From an uncultured Planctomycetales bacterium (GTDB taxonomy: Bacteria; Omnitrophota; Gorgyraeia; Gygaellales; Profunditerraquicolaceae), in contig CAZJFL010000001.1 of assembly GCA_964545575.1 (NCBI GenBank), positions 69,878-133,877 on the forward strand: 64,000 nucleotides of DNA, written 5' to 3'. Numbering within the stretch: the stretch's first letter is position 1; each line of letters starts with the position of its first letter. Made by a program: the position numbers and the translations under genes. Under the pieces are notes generated by a model. That model worked only from the letters and a program-made list of their open reading frames with translations. It ran no database searches and was not told where the DNA came from. Shown here one piece after another: positions 37,032 through 47,206 of this stretch.

Positions 37032-38012
37032 TTATATTTTAACAAATATCATAATTCCCTTTAAAACCAAAAAACTGATTATGCCTGAGACAAAAGGCGT
37101 AGCCAGCCAGCAGAAAATTATCTCGCGTATAATCCTTATATTTAAAACCCGTACTCCCCTTACCAGGCCCACGCCAAAAATTGCTCCGACAATAGAATGA
37201 CTGGTGGAAACCGGTATGCCAAAAACAGTGTATATATGGACATTAATGGCGCTGGCAAGCTGGGCAGAAAATGCCATAATTGGCAAAAGATTGGTGATCT
37301 CCGAACCGATCGTCTCTATAACCTTATAACCCCAGGTCATAATGCCTAAGACGATTGCCAGGCCGCCCAGTATCACGCTCGTTTTTGCAGAAAGAATATT
37401 TGCCCCCACAATCACGCCGGTAGCATTGGCCACGTCATTGGCGCCCCAGGTATAAGCCACGTAACAGCCGCTTAAGATGATCAGCACGGCCAGGCTCCAC
37501 CTTAAATGTTTGCGCGGGATAATCCTGTAAAGCACATTTTTAAAAATCCGGTAAAATATATACCCTAAAACCGCCGCACCCACCGGAGTAAAAATCCAGC
37601 AGATAAAAATATCTCCCAGCACTTTCCATCTTACGGGAGCGCCCACCGCAAGGCCGGCGCCGGCAACCGCGCCGACAATAGAATGACTCGTAGAAATAGG
37701 CATCTTCCAGTAGGTAGCCAGCACTACCCAAGCGCAGGCGGCAAAAGCAGCTACTAAAGCTAAATAAAGAGCTATGTTTTTATCCAGCTCATTTATCGGC
37801 ACAATGCCTTTGCCGATAGTCTTAGCTACATGCCCCCCCTGTAAAAATGCGCCCAGGAAACCGAAGGCGACAATTAAAATAATCGCCTGTTTTAAATTGA
37901 GTACCCGCGAGCCGACAGCGGTGCCTAAAGAGTTGGCGGCATCGTTGGCCCCGATTGACCAGCCGACGCCAATGCTCATTAACAAAACTAAACCGACTAA
38001 TAAGACATACAT
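37032..38012 (-). CDS. Inorganic phosphate transporter, PiT family
   Basis: GANDAANSLGTAVGS and a repeated GANDVANATG signature. Confidence 0.9.
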   Translation of the reverse strand: MYVLLVGLVLLMSIGVGWSIGANDAANSLGTAVGSRVLNLKQAIILIVAFGFLGAFLQGGHVAKTIGKGIVPINELDKNIALYLALVAAFAACAWVVLATYWKMPISTSHSIVGAVAGAGLAVGAPVRWKVLGDIFICWIFTPVGAAVLGYIFYRIFKNVLYRIIPRKHLRWSLAVLIILSGCYVAYTWGANDVANATGVIVGANILSAKTSVILGGLAIVLGIMTWGYKVIETIGSEITNLLPIMAFSAQLASAINVHIYTVFGIPVSTSHSIVGAIFGVGLVRGVRVLNIRIIREIIFCWLATPFVSGIISFLVLKGIMIFVKI

Positions 38013-38079
38013 TTAATTTTATGGGGGTGGTAGGACGCCTAAATTATATCATCCAAATACAAGAAGTAAAGAAAATAGA

Positions 38080-38736
38080 TTAAAATAAGGCCTTTAACTT
38101 AGCGCCTAATACGTTAACGTCCGCCCATTTTATTGAGCCTTTGCTACTCTGCAGCATATAATAAATTTCCGCCTTCAGATTCTTAGTTAGTTTCATACTG
38201 AGCCCGGAAGAAAACCTGTTTTGATTTAAATCACTCGGCAGGCCGTCAAAAACGATAAATATTTCATCTGAAATATATGGCTGGATTTCTATCCTGGTAA
38301 ATTTCCAGGGTAATTTTAAGGTGAACTTATTGCGGTACCTCCAAAAATCAACTTTATAGTCAAACTCATTATATTCCATCCGGCTGCGGTCTTCCAAATT
38401 AAAACCCTTGAACGCGCTGGATAGCGTTAAGGTCAAATAAGGCTCTTCGCAGGGGAGAAATTTTCCTTTGACTAAATCATAGATCTGGCGGTACCCGCCG
38501 CCGATATTTAGATATTCTTTGAGATTATAGAAAAATCCTACATCGTAGTGTTGGTAATAAAACTCGCCGGCATTGTTTCCCCAGCGGAACTCCTGCTCAA
38601 AGGCTATTTTGGAATCTTTATTGATCTTGAATTCCTCTACGTCAGTATTCCAGACCTGAAAGTCTCCGTCATCAAAAGCATAAACATAACTTGTAAAAAT
38701 TAAAAACAGGCCTGCGACTAAAAACTTTAGCTTCAT
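38080..38736 (-). CDS. DUF2490-like outer-membrane beta-barrel protein, secreted
   Basis: Signal peptide MKLKFLVAGLFLIFTSYVYA followed by alternating aromatic and hydrophilic strands. Confidence 0.45.
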   Translation of the reverse strand: MKLKFLVAGLFLIFTSYVYAFDDGDFQVWNTDVEEFKINKDSKIAFEQEFRWGNNAGEFYYQHYDVGFFYNLKEYLNIGGGYRQIYDLVKGKFLPCEEPYLTLTLSSAFKGFNLEDRSRMEYNEFDYKVDFWRYRNKFTLKLPWKFTRIEIQPYISDEIFIVFDGLPSDLNQNRFSSGLSMKLTKNLKAEIYYMLQSSKGSIKWADVNVLGAKLKALF

Positions 38737-39413
38737 AGTCGGCGTTCTTTTCCCTTGCAAACCTTAACGCATACCCCGCAGATATACTGGTCGACTAATT
38801 TTTGTTTTTGAAAATCTTTAAGCTTTTCAAAACATTTAAAGTGGTCGAAATCGGACGGGCTATCCTTTATTGCCTGCGCAGGGCAGGCCGGGATACATAG
38901 CCTGCAATCCCGGCAAGAGCCCTTAAGAGGCTTATCTAGCTTTAAAGGCATATCGGTAAGAATAGAAACTATGCGGAATTGAGAACCGGCTGTTTTGTTA
39001 ACCAATAAATTATTCCTGCCTATCCAGCCTAAACCGGCAAGTTGTCCGATTTGCTTATGCGAAAGATGCGCCTTCTGGTTTTCCCAGTCTAGAATTACCG
39101 ACGCCGGTATAGGTAGGGCCAGAAAACCTTTGTCCTGTATAAAATTAGTCAGGCGCAGTGCAGCCTGATCCAGGGCGGCGTTCAGGGCGCGGTAATGATG
39201 GAAATAAAGCTTGGTGGGCTGCTCCTCTATTTCTTCTAAGACAGCTGCTGAGATGCGCAGGCCCAGACAAATAGCTTTATCGAACTTTTTTATCGATCCG
39301 GCAGACAACAAAAAATCATTTTTAACTCTACTTATATCCGCAACGCCGAATATATCTATGCCTAAACTCTTACAGAACCTCTTCAGGCTAAGATAGTTTT
39401 TATTTTTATCCAT
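38733..39413 (-). CDS. QueG-like 4Fe-4S protein (epoxyqueuosine reductase family, short form)
   Basis: GWIGRNNLLVN...TDMPL...CRDCRLCIPACPAQAI resembles the QueG core. Confidence 0.5.
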   Translation of the reverse strand: MDKNKNYLSLKRFCKSLGIDIFGVADISRVKNDFLLSAGSIKKFDKAICLGLRISAAVLEEIEEQPTKLYFHHYRALNAALDQAALRLTNFIQDKGFLALPIPASVILDWENQKAHLSHKQIGQLAGLGWIGRNNLLVNKTAGSQFRIVSILTDMPLKLDKPLKGSCRDCRLCIPACPAQAIKDSPSDFDHFKCFEKLKDFQKQKLVDQYICGVCVKVCKGKERRL

Positions 39414-41262
39414 TTAGTTTCCTTAAAGACACCATTAAAATTGAGATTGCTGCCGGGGTAACGCCGGAAATCCGCGAGGCCTGGCCTAAATTAACCGGTT
39501 TAAATCTGGCGAGCTTCTCCTTTATTTCGCGCGAGAGGCCGGCGATAACGGCATAATCTAAATCTTGGGGAAGCCTGATCTTTTCCAAGTTCTTGAACCG
39601 CTCTACCTCGGCAAGCTGCCGCTTGATGAACCCGGAATATTTTACTTCAATTTCGACCTCGCGCAAAGCAAAATCCGGGATATCTAAAGCAAGGTGGTCC
39701 AAGCTTTCCAAATCCGCGATACTTATTTCCGGCCGTTTAAGCATTTCTTCTAAGGCCACGGATTTTTTTATCGGCGAAGATTTAAAGCCCTCTAAACGCG
39801 CATTTAATTCCGGCGAAGGCTTAAGCTGTTTTTCCTTTAAGAAAGTTATCCCTTGCTTAATTGCCCGTTCTTTTTCCTGTAGCCGCTGGTAATCTTGCGG
39901 GCTTACTAAACCTAAATCATAACCTATCTTTCTTAAACGCAGGTCAGCGTTATCTTCGCGTAAAATCAGGCGGTATTCTACGCGCGAGGTAAACATGCGA
40001 TAGGGCTCATTTGTGCCTTTAGTGGTCAAATCATCTATTAATACGCCGATATAACTAGTGGCGCGGTCTAAAATCAGCGGTTCTTTGGACTGGGCGCGTA
40101 AAGAAGCGTTTATTCCAGCAATTAAACCTTGGGCTGCTGCTTCTTCATAACCGGTAGTGCCGTTAATCTGTCCGGCCAAATACAGGTTCTTAATTAATTT
40201 AGTCTCTAATGTCGGATAAGTTTGAGTCGGCTCAACTATGCTATGCTCTATCCCGTAGCCAAAACGTATCACTTCGGCTTTTTCCAGCCCTTCAATAGAG
40301 CGTATCATTTCTGTTTGCACGTCTTCCGGAAGGCTGGTGGAAAGTCCGTTAGGATAGACTTCGTCGGTCTGGTAACCCTGCGGCTCTAAAAATATCTGGT
40401 GGCGTTCTTTATCGGCAAATTTGACTATCTTATCCTCGATTGAGGGGCAATAGCGCACGCCGGTTGCTTTAATTGTCCCCGCATACAATGGCGATCTGTC
40501 AAGGTTATCCCGGATAATCTTATGCGTATTTTTATTGGTATAGGTAATATGGCAGGATACTTGCTTCTGCTCTAACTCTAAGGTGGAAAATGAAAACGGT
40601 TTTGGCGGGCTATCGCCCTTTTGTTCAATAAGGCAGGCGCAATCTATCGTTTTTTTATCCAGGCGCGGGCAGGTGCCGGTCTTAAATCTTAAAATATTGA
40701 ATCCAAGGTTTTTTAAATCCTGCGCCAAAGCAACTGATGCCGGTTCATTGATGCGGCCTCCGCTGGTATGGTTTAAACCGCGGTGGATTAACCCCTCTAA
40801 AAAGGTACCGGGGGAGATGACTACGCAGGTAGCGCTGATTTCTTCTTTATCCGTGATTACCCCTATTGCAATATTGTCTTTAACTAATAATTTCTTTACC
40901 TCTGCCTCTTTGAGAGAAAGGTTTTTCTGCTCCGAAACCATCCGGCGCATATACTCTTTATACATCTCCATATCAATCTGCGCGCGCGATGATTGTACTG
41001 CCGGGCCCTTGGAGGCATTGAGTATCCTGAATTGAATCCCGCAGGTATCGGCAGCTTTGGCCATTTCGCCGCCCAAGGCATCTACTTCTTTGACCAGCTG
41101 GCCTTTGCCTACCCCGCCGATAGCCGGGTTGCAGCTCATCAGGCCGATGGTCTTAGCGCTTAGCGTCAGCAAAAGAGTCTTACAGCCCATGCGCGCCGAA
41201 GCTAATGCCGCCTCAACGCCAGCATGTCCTGCGCCGATAACTATAACCTCATAACTAGTCAT
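39406..41262 (-). CDS. mnmG: tRNA uridine-5-carboxymethylaminomethyl synthesis enzyme
   Basis: FAD motif VIVIGAGHAGVEAA, the GidA family signature and a C-terminal tRNA-binding domain. Confidence 0.95.
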   Translation of the reverse strand: MTSYEVIVIGAGHAGVEAALASARMGCKTLLLTLSAKTIGLMSCNPAIGGVGKGQLVKEVDALGGEMAKAADTCGIQFRILNASKGPAVQSSRAQIDMEMYKEYMRRMVSEQKNLSLKEAEVKKLLVKDNIAIGVITDKEEISATCVVISPGTFLEGLIHRGLNHTSGGRINEPASVALAQDLKNLGFNILRFKTGTCPRLDKKTIDCACLIEQKGDSPPKPFSFSTLELEQKQVSCHITYTNKNTHKIIRDNLDRSPLYAGTIKATGVRYCPSIEDKIVKFADKERHQIFLEPQGYQTDEVYPNGLSTSLPEDVQTEMIRSIEGLEKAEVIRFGYGIEHSIVEPTQTYPTLETKLIKNLYLAGQINGTTGYEEAAAQGLIAGINASLRAQSKEPLILDRATSYIGVLIDDLTTKGTNEPYRMFTSRVEYRLILREDNADLRLRKIGYDLGLVSPQDYQRLQEKERAIKQGITFLKEKQLKPSPELNARLEGFKSSPIKKSVALEEMLKRPEISIADLESLDHLALDIPDFALREVEIEVKYSGFIKRQLAEVERFKNLEKIRLPQDLDYAVIAGLSREIKEKLARFKPVNLGQASRISGVTPAAISILMVSLRKLNG

Positions 41263-41272
41263 ATTATTCTAG

Positions 41273-42565
41273 CTACTCTTGTGCAGCCTTTACAAGGAGG
41301 GGCATGATGTCGCGGCCGAGAATTTCACCGATAGAGCCGAGTTTCGCCGCTTTTTCGGAAAAACTTAAAGAGCCATCGGGCTTAATATTGCCGCCGCAAA
41401 CCAAAAGCGGCACCGGGTCAGCGGAATGCGCCTTCATCGCACAGACCGTAGAGTGATCCGCAGTCACAGCGATAATAGTATCAGTCATATCTAATTTAGG
41501 CAAAAGACTGGAAAAGAAAAATTTGTCAATCGCTTCGATCACTTCTTTTTTCTTCTGGAAATCTCCGTCATGCGCCGGCTCATCCGGGCCTTTAATATGC
41601 ACGTAAATCCCGTCATACTTCTTAATCGACTCCAAAGCAACCTTCGCCCAGATGGGGTAATCCACATCTAAATGTCCGCTTGCATCCGGCACAGCAATAA
41701 TTTCCATCCCGGTCAAAAGCGCAATCCCTCTTTCTACCGGCATTTGCACAAAAGAGCCGAATTTCAGATTATGCAGGCTCTGGATATCGGGAAATTTAGG
41801 CAGGCAGTCGCCGGCATCCCGGGATAAAATCAGATTACCCGGCATTTTGCCGTCAGCAACCCGCTTTTTATTTACTGCCGCTTCATTTAAGGCCTGATGA
41901 GATTTTTGGGTGAATTCATTCAAAAGCATGGCCGCCTCTTTCGCCTCAGAATAATTCTCGTATCCAGGCATAGGCATAGATTCGGCCACGGTATTTTCGA
42001 ATTTTTCCTTGGCCACGCCAAAAACTCCCTCTCTGTCATATGCCGGATCGGTATTGGTGACCCAGCCGGATAATTTCGAATGCATTCCGCGGATCACTAA
42101 AACGCCGCGGTGGCCGATGGTATTTTTAAATTCAAAAGTGGCGCAGGATAAAGTGACTTTTGAATTTATCTCCTTGGATAATGCCGTAGCTTCTTCGGTA
42201 GTCAGGTTTCTCCCCACCCGCCGGTCTTTAATCGTTTTTCCGTCTGCCTCTACGGTAGCGAAGTTAACGCGCAGGGCAAGATTTCCCTCACTTATCGCTA
42301 ACCCCTCTGCGAAAGCCTCCAGCGGCCCCCGGCCGGTATAATATTTATGGGCATCGTAACCTAAGAGGCTGATTACCGCGATATCGGATTCCGGGGCAAT
42401 ACCGCGGCCCACCGGATACACTAAACCCGTCCTGCCGTTTTGCGCCAGGCGGTCCATATTCGGGGTGAGCGCCGCCTCTAAGGGAGTCTTATTACCCAGC
42501 TCCTCTAGCGGTAAATCTCCCAAACCGTCCAGGACTATATATAAAATTTTCTTCATGATTAGCAC
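41273..42565 (-). CDS. apgM: 2,3-bisphosphoglycerate-independent phosphoglycerate mutase, archaeal type
   Basis: LYIVLDGLGD, DSGHLD-like metal sites and a TADHST motif. Confidence 0.85.
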   Translation of the reverse strand: MLIMKKILYIVLDGLGDLPLEELGNKTPLEAALTPNMDRLAQNGRTGLVYPVGRGIAPESDIAVISLLGYDAHKYYTGRGPLEAFAEGLAISEGNLALRVNFATVEADGKTIKDRRVGRNLTTEEATALSKEINSKVTLSCATFEFKNTIGHRGVLVIRGMHSKLSGWVTNTDPAYDREGVFGVAKEKFENTVAESMPMPGYENYSEAKEAAMLLNEFTQKSHQALNEAAVNKKRVADGKMPGNLILSRDAGDCLPKFPDIQSLHNLKFGSFVQMPVERGIALLTGMEIIAVPDASGHLDVDYPIWAKVALESIKKYDGIYVHIKGPDEPAHDGDFQKKKEVIEAIDKFFFSSLLPKLDMTDTIIAVTADHSTVCAMKAHSADPVPLLVCGGNIKPDGSLSFSEKAAKLGSIGEILGRDIMPLLVKAAQE

Positions 42566-44865
42566 TTAGAAAAACCGCAGGCCTGGCACTTGACGCAGCC
42601 TTCTTCGTGGCGTAGGGCGCCGCCGCAATCAGGGCAGACCCCCACGATATCTCCGTGCAGCTGGAAATCGTCGGCATCGGTGGTGCTAGGCGTTTCATCG
42701 CCGTGGGAATGCTTCATGGCTACCTGCGGGATCTGGAGGGATATATTAGCCGCTTCGTCGCTGACTAATCTTTGTTCAATCACGCGGGCGATGGCGTCGG
42801 CGCAGGAAAAAATGCGCTGGCCCTTCTCCCAGGAAGGCGAAGGGCAACGGATATTGCGCAATTGTTCAATAATCGCTTTTACTTCTATGCCGGTCCTGAA
42901 AGCCAGGGAAACCAGGCGCCCGACTGCTTCCAGCTGCGAAGCAGCGCAACCGCCGGCCTTGCCCATCTGGGTAAATAATTCAAAGGGCCTGCCTTCTTCG
43001 TCGCGGTTTATGGTCACATAAAGATTGCCGCAACCGGTAGCCACTTTAGTGGTGGTCCCGTTGATCACTTCCGGCCGGGGCCGGGGGGCGATATTATACG
43101 GCTCGGCCGCGGCTGCCTGCGCCAGGGCGGGGCTGCTCTTACCTATATTTAAGACCTGTTCTTCGCGGCTCTTGTCGCGGTAAATGGTAATACCTTTACA
43201 GCCTAATTCGTAGGCTAAGAGATAGGCTTTTCTGACCTCTTCGAGGCTCGCGTCATGCGGAAAATTAATGGTCTTAGAAGTGGCGTTATGCACGTATTTC
43301 TGAAATGCCGCCTGCATGCGCACGTGCCATTCGGGAGAGATATCATGCGCGGTGACAAAAATCTTTTTTACATCCGGGGGAATACCTTCCATATCTTGAA
43401 TTGAGGCGCTCTCGGCGATTTTCTCCATTAATTCCCGGCGGTAAAATCCCCGCTCGCGGGCGATCTCCTCGAATAAAGGATCCACCTCCACCAGTTTATC
43501 GTTATCCATGACATTACGGTAATAAACAATGGCGAAGAGCGGCTCAACACCCGAAGAGCACGGCCCGGCGATAATGCTGATGGTGCCGGTAGGGGCGATA
43601 GTAGTGAGGGTGGCGTTACGGATTTTTAAACCCCCATCTTTTTTATCGTAAATACTGCCCTTAAAAGCCGGGAATGTCCCGCGCTCGGCTGCCATTTCTC
43701 TGGATTTGGCAGTTGCTTCGCTTAAGATAAAAGACATTAGCTTCTCGGCTAAGGCCACTGCCTCGTCGCTATTATAGGGCGTGCCTAAGCGGGCGAGGAG
43801 TGTCGCCCAACCCATCACCCCGAGGCCGATCTTACGCGTCAGTTTTGTCGCCCTTTCTATCTGGGGAAGCGGGAACTTATTTACGTCGATAATATTATCT
43901 AGAAAATGCACCGCTAAACGGGTTACTCTTTTTAATTTATCCCAGTCGATTTCATAGCGGTCGCCGGCTGCGCGTTTATACATGCGCGCCAGATTTATCG
44001 AGCCTAGGTCGCAGCTTTCGTAAGGCAGGAGCGGCTGTTCCCCGCAAGGGTTGGTGCTTTCAATTTTACCTAATTTAGGGGTCGGGTTATACTGGTTAAG
44101 CCGGTCAATAAAAATCACCCCCGGCTCGCCGTTCTTATGTGCCTGCCTGACGATCAGGTCGAAGACCTCTTTGCTATTCAGCCGTTTTACTACTTTTTGC
44201 GTATGCGGGTCTATTAAATCGTAGTCCTCGTTATTTTTTAGTTTTGCCATAAACTCATCGCTGATGCCGACTGAAATATTAAAATTAGAAATATCGTTAT
44301 TGTTTTCTTTGCAGGTAATGAACTCTAAGATATCCGGATGGTCAACCCTTAAGATCCCCATATTCGCGCCGCGGCGGGTGCCTCCCTGTTTTACCGCTTC
44401 CGTCGCCGCATCGTAAACCTTCATAAAAGATACCGGGCCGGAAGCAATGCCGCCGGTAGTCTTGACCATCGAACATTTTGCGCGCAGGCGCGAGAAAGAA
44501 AACCCAGTTCCTCCGCCAGACTTGTGAATCATCGCGGTGGCCTTAAGAGTCTCAAAAATAGAATCCATGGAATCGTCTATCGGCAAAGTAAAACAGGCGC
44601 TTAGCTGGCCTAATTCCCTGCCGGCATTCATCAGGCACGGCGAATTAGGCACAAACTCCAAATCCGTCATTATCCGGTAAAATGATTCCTTCAGGCCTAC
44701 AATTTCTTTTTCGCTCCTACCGTAAAGCTTATCCGCATCGGCAATGGCAGCGGCAACCCTTAAGAACATCTCTTCGGGAGTCTCGACCACTTTACCCTCT
44801 TCATTCTTCTTCAGGTATCTTCTTTCCAATACCTTCAAAGCATTGTCTGATAGTTTTAAATGCAT
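42559..44865 (-). CDS. nrdJ: Adenosylcobalamin-dependent (class II) ribonucleotide reductase
   Basis: 768 aa with catalytic NPCGEQ and the B12-binding region, plus a C-terminal Zn ribbon CPDCGG...CVKCQACG. Confidence 0.9.
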   Translation of the reverse strand: MHLKLSDNALKVLERRYLKKNEEGKVVETPEEMFLRVAAAIADADKLYGRSEKEIVGLKESFYRIMTDLEFVPNSPCLMNAGRELGQLSACFTLPIDDSMDSIFETLKATAMIHKSGGGTGFSFSRLRAKCSMVKTTGGIASGPVSFMKVYDAATEAVKQGGTRRGANMGILRVDHPDILEFITCKENNNDISNFNISVGISDEFMAKLKNNEDYDLIDPHTQKVVKRLNSKEVFDLIVRQAHKNGEPGVIFIDRLNQYNPTPKLGKIESTNPCGEQPLLPYESCDLGSINLARMYKRAAGDRYEIDWDKLKRVTRLAVHFLDNIIDVNKFPLPQIERATKLTRKIGLGVMGWATLLARLGTPYNSDEAVALAEKLMSFILSEATAKSREMAAERGTFPAFKGSIYDKKDGGLKIRNATLTTIAPTGTISIIAGPCSSGVEPLFAIVYYRNVMDNDKLVEVDPLFEEIARERGFYRRELMEKIAESASIQDMEGIPPDVKKIFVTAHDISPEWHVRMQAAFQKYVHNATSKTINFPHDASLEEVRKAYLLAYELGCKGITIYRDKSREEQVLNIGKSSPALAQAAAAEPYNIAPRPRPEVINGTTTKVATGCGNLYVTINRDEEGRPFELFTQMGKAGGCAASQLEAVGRLVSLAFRTGIEVKAIIEQLRNIRCPSPSWEKGQRIFSCADAIARVIEQRLVSDEAANISLQIPQVAMKHSHGDETPSTTDADDFQLHGDIVGVCPDCGGALRHEEGCVKCQACGFSKC

Positions 44866-44899
44866 CTGGCACCCCGGACTAAAAACTTTAGAGTTTATT

Positions 44900-44990
44900 T
44901 ACTTAGAAAGCATAACACCGATTAAAATGCTTGTCAACAAAAAAATACAATATATGGTAGAGCTTAAACTAAAATATACAATAAATTGTA
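44900..44990 (-). promoter_or_regulatory. Putative nrdJ promoter with NrdR-box-like palindromes
   Basis: Minus strand: TTGACA-N17-TATGCT preceded by atacaatttattgtat (perfect 16-bp palindrome) and ccatatattgtat. Confidence 0.4.
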
Positions 44991-44995
44991 TTATC

Positions 44996-46018
44996 TTAAG
45001 GAGCGACCGGCCGGCAGGATTCTCGGATTACCAATTCTGTCGGGAGAACGACTTTTTCTATTTTCTTCTTTTTCCCGGACATCAAAAGGTTCAATTCTTT
45101 AACGCTTTCCTCCGCCATTTTGACCAAAGGCTGCTTTACCGTAGTTAGGGATACCGGCCCGTAAAGCCCGGAAGGATTATCATCAAAGCCGATAATGGAT
45201 AAATCCTGCGGTATTTGTTTGCCCGACTCTTTTACCACGGCCATCACTTCCAGGGCCATCGAATCGGAAGCTACAAACACGGCGGTAGGCGCATCTTTCA
45301 TATTCAGGATTTTTTCCGCAGCCTGGCGCGCCTGCCCGCGCGAGTAATCGGTTTTTAAAATATAATCCTCGCGCAGGGCGATGTTATTTTTCTTTAAACC
45401 CGCCTTATACCCTTCCAGGCGCTGCATCGAGGCCTGAGTAACTAAATCTCCAGTAATGTGCGCGATCTTCTTATGCCCTAAGCTGACTAAATAACTTACC
45501 GCGCCCTCCGCTCCTCCGGCATTATCCACGGCGATACAGCTGACCTCTAATTCTTTCACGTAATTATTAATCACCACGCAGGGTATGCCCTGCTGGAGCA
45601 TTTCTTTAAGCTGGTGCCAGTTGCCGATAATATCGGCAAAGATGATCCCTCCCACCCCTTTTAAGTTAAGGGGAGAGCGCGTATCGGTCAGACGCAGCAA
45701 TAAATCTAATTTTAACCTGTCGCAAAGCGTGCCGATGCCGCGCAGTAATTCCAGGGCGTAAAAAGAATAGAATACGTCGGTGTAGCGCGGGATGACTAAT
45801 GCCACCACATTACTTTTTCCGGTAGCCAGACGCTGGGCGAATACGGAAGGCTCAAACTTCAGTTCTTTTATCGCATCTAAGATTTTGAGGCGGTTTTTCT
45901 CCTTTACCGAAGGCATCTTGTTGATCACGCGCGATACCGTAGTAATGGATACACCTGCCAGGCGGGCAACATCTTCTATGGAAATGGTCTTGGAGGGGCC
46001 TTTTCTGACTCGCACCAT
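44996..46018 (-). CDS. LacI-family transcriptional regulator
   Basis: N-terminal HTH ISIEDVARLAGVSITTVSRVIN and a periplasmic-binding-protein-like core. Confidence 0.85.
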   Translation of the reverse strand: MVRVRKGPSKTISIEDVARLAGVSITTVSRVINKMPSVKEKNRLKILDAIKELKFEPSVFAQRLATGKSNVVALVIPRYTDVFYSFYALELLRGIGTLCDRLKLDLLLRLTDTRSPLNLKGVGGIIFADIIGNWHQLKEMLQQGIPCVVINNYVKELEVSCIAVDNAGGAEGAVSYLVSLGHKKIAHITGDLVTQASMQRLEGYKAGLKKNNIALREDYILKTDYSRGQARQAAEKILNMKDAPTAVFVASDSMALEVMAVVKESGKQIPQDLSIIGFDDNPSGLYGPVSLTTVKQPLVKMAEESVKELNLLMSGKKKKIEKVVLPTELVIRESCRPVAP

Positions 46019-46034
46019 TTAAATAAAGCGACGA

Positions 46035-47195
46035 TTATCTAACGTTATCTCCGATCTGTATCGGAGTAGCTTCTCTTTTTATATCGCAAGCTGCGATATT
46101 CGGGCGCACCTGGATCACTTCGATGTCGGCAATCAGCTGGGATTGCCGGTAGACCTGCAAACTATCGCCTACTTTTATGCCTGTGCCCTGGCCTAAATCA
46201 ATGATCACAAAATTATTATCGCGCTTGACGGCTAAGACTTTGCCGTCGAGCGTCGTCGCTACCCCGGCACCGGCCCCTATCGCCGGCTCTCCCTGCGGGC
46301 GCACGAAGATGGGCGGCAACTCCACAGACTCCTCTGTTTTTGGCGCAGGCACATAACCGGCTGCTCCAGCCGGCTCTAGTTGTCTTCTTAAATTCTCTAT
46401 CTGCGCCATTCTATCTTTTAAAAGTTGCTCCATTTCGCCGAAACTGTTTTCTAGGCTCGTATTTGTCCCCTGCAATTCCGCCAGTTTTTTCTCCAAAACG
46501 ATCTTACGGTTACCCAGGCTCTTTAATTGCCGCCTTAAAATATAATTATCGTTCTTAATGGACTTAATACTGTCTTGGATCTGGAACTTATCATTCCTCT
46601 CCCTGACCAGTTCCTGAGCCACGCTATCCATCATCTTCTGGTTATAGTCCATCTGCCTTTTTAAGTCCTGCTTATCGCGCATCTGGTTTTTCAATTCTAA
46701 CTCTAGCGACGCCTTGCCCCTCTGCAGTTCCTCATTCTTTATCTGCATCTCCTTAAAATCCTTGCGTATATTCTCCAGCCGGATTTCTAAGTCCGTTTTT
46801 TCTTTCAGTATCGCCGCCCAGTAGGCATCATCAGTCTCCGCAGAAAGCGCCGTAAGCACTTGTGGCCGGGCAGCCTCTTCGCTGGCTTTGGCTTTCAGCT
46901 CTGCCGTAAGCTCATCTTTTTCCTTTAACAACAGCTCATATTTCTTCTCTAGTTCACTGCGATCCTGCGCCGACCTCTCCACGTCTTTGTTCAAATTATT
47001 GAACTTCTCTTGCAGCCTCCGGTTATCCTGAAGGCCGGCGTTGATTTTTGCGGCTAAAGATTCATTTTCTCTCTTAAGACTATCCCTTTCCCGCCCTATC
47101 GTCTGTTTTGCGTTAAAAACCTGAAAAGTAATAAAAAAGCTAATCAATAAAAGGCCGACCAGCCCGATCAGAATAAATTTTATCTTATCCCCCAT
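46035..47195 (-). CDS. Membrane-anchored coiled-coil protein, hypothetical
   Basis: N-terminal TM helix, about 250 aa of heptad-rich coiled coil and a beta-rich C-terminal domain. No family assigned. Confidence 0.4.
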   Translation of the reverse strand: MGDKIKFILIGLVGLLLISFFITFQVFNAKQTIGRERDSLKRENESLAAKINAGLQDNRRLQEKFNNLNKDVERSAQDRSELEKKYELLLKEKDELTAELKAKASEEAARPQVLTALSAETDDAYWAAILKEKTDLEIRLENIRKDFKEMQIKNEELQRGKASLELELKNQMRDKQDLKRQMDYNQKMMDSVAQELVRERNDKFQIQDSIKSIKNDNYILRRQLKSLGNRKIVLEKKLAELQGTNTSLENSFGEMEQLLKDRMAQIENLRRQLEPAGAAGYVPAPKTEESVELPPIFVRPQGEPAIGAGAGVATTLDGKVLAVKRDNNFVIIDLGQGTGIKVGDSLQVYRQSQLIADIEVIQVRPNIAACDIKREATPIQIGDNVR

Positions 47196-47206
47196 CTATC
47201 CTCCAT

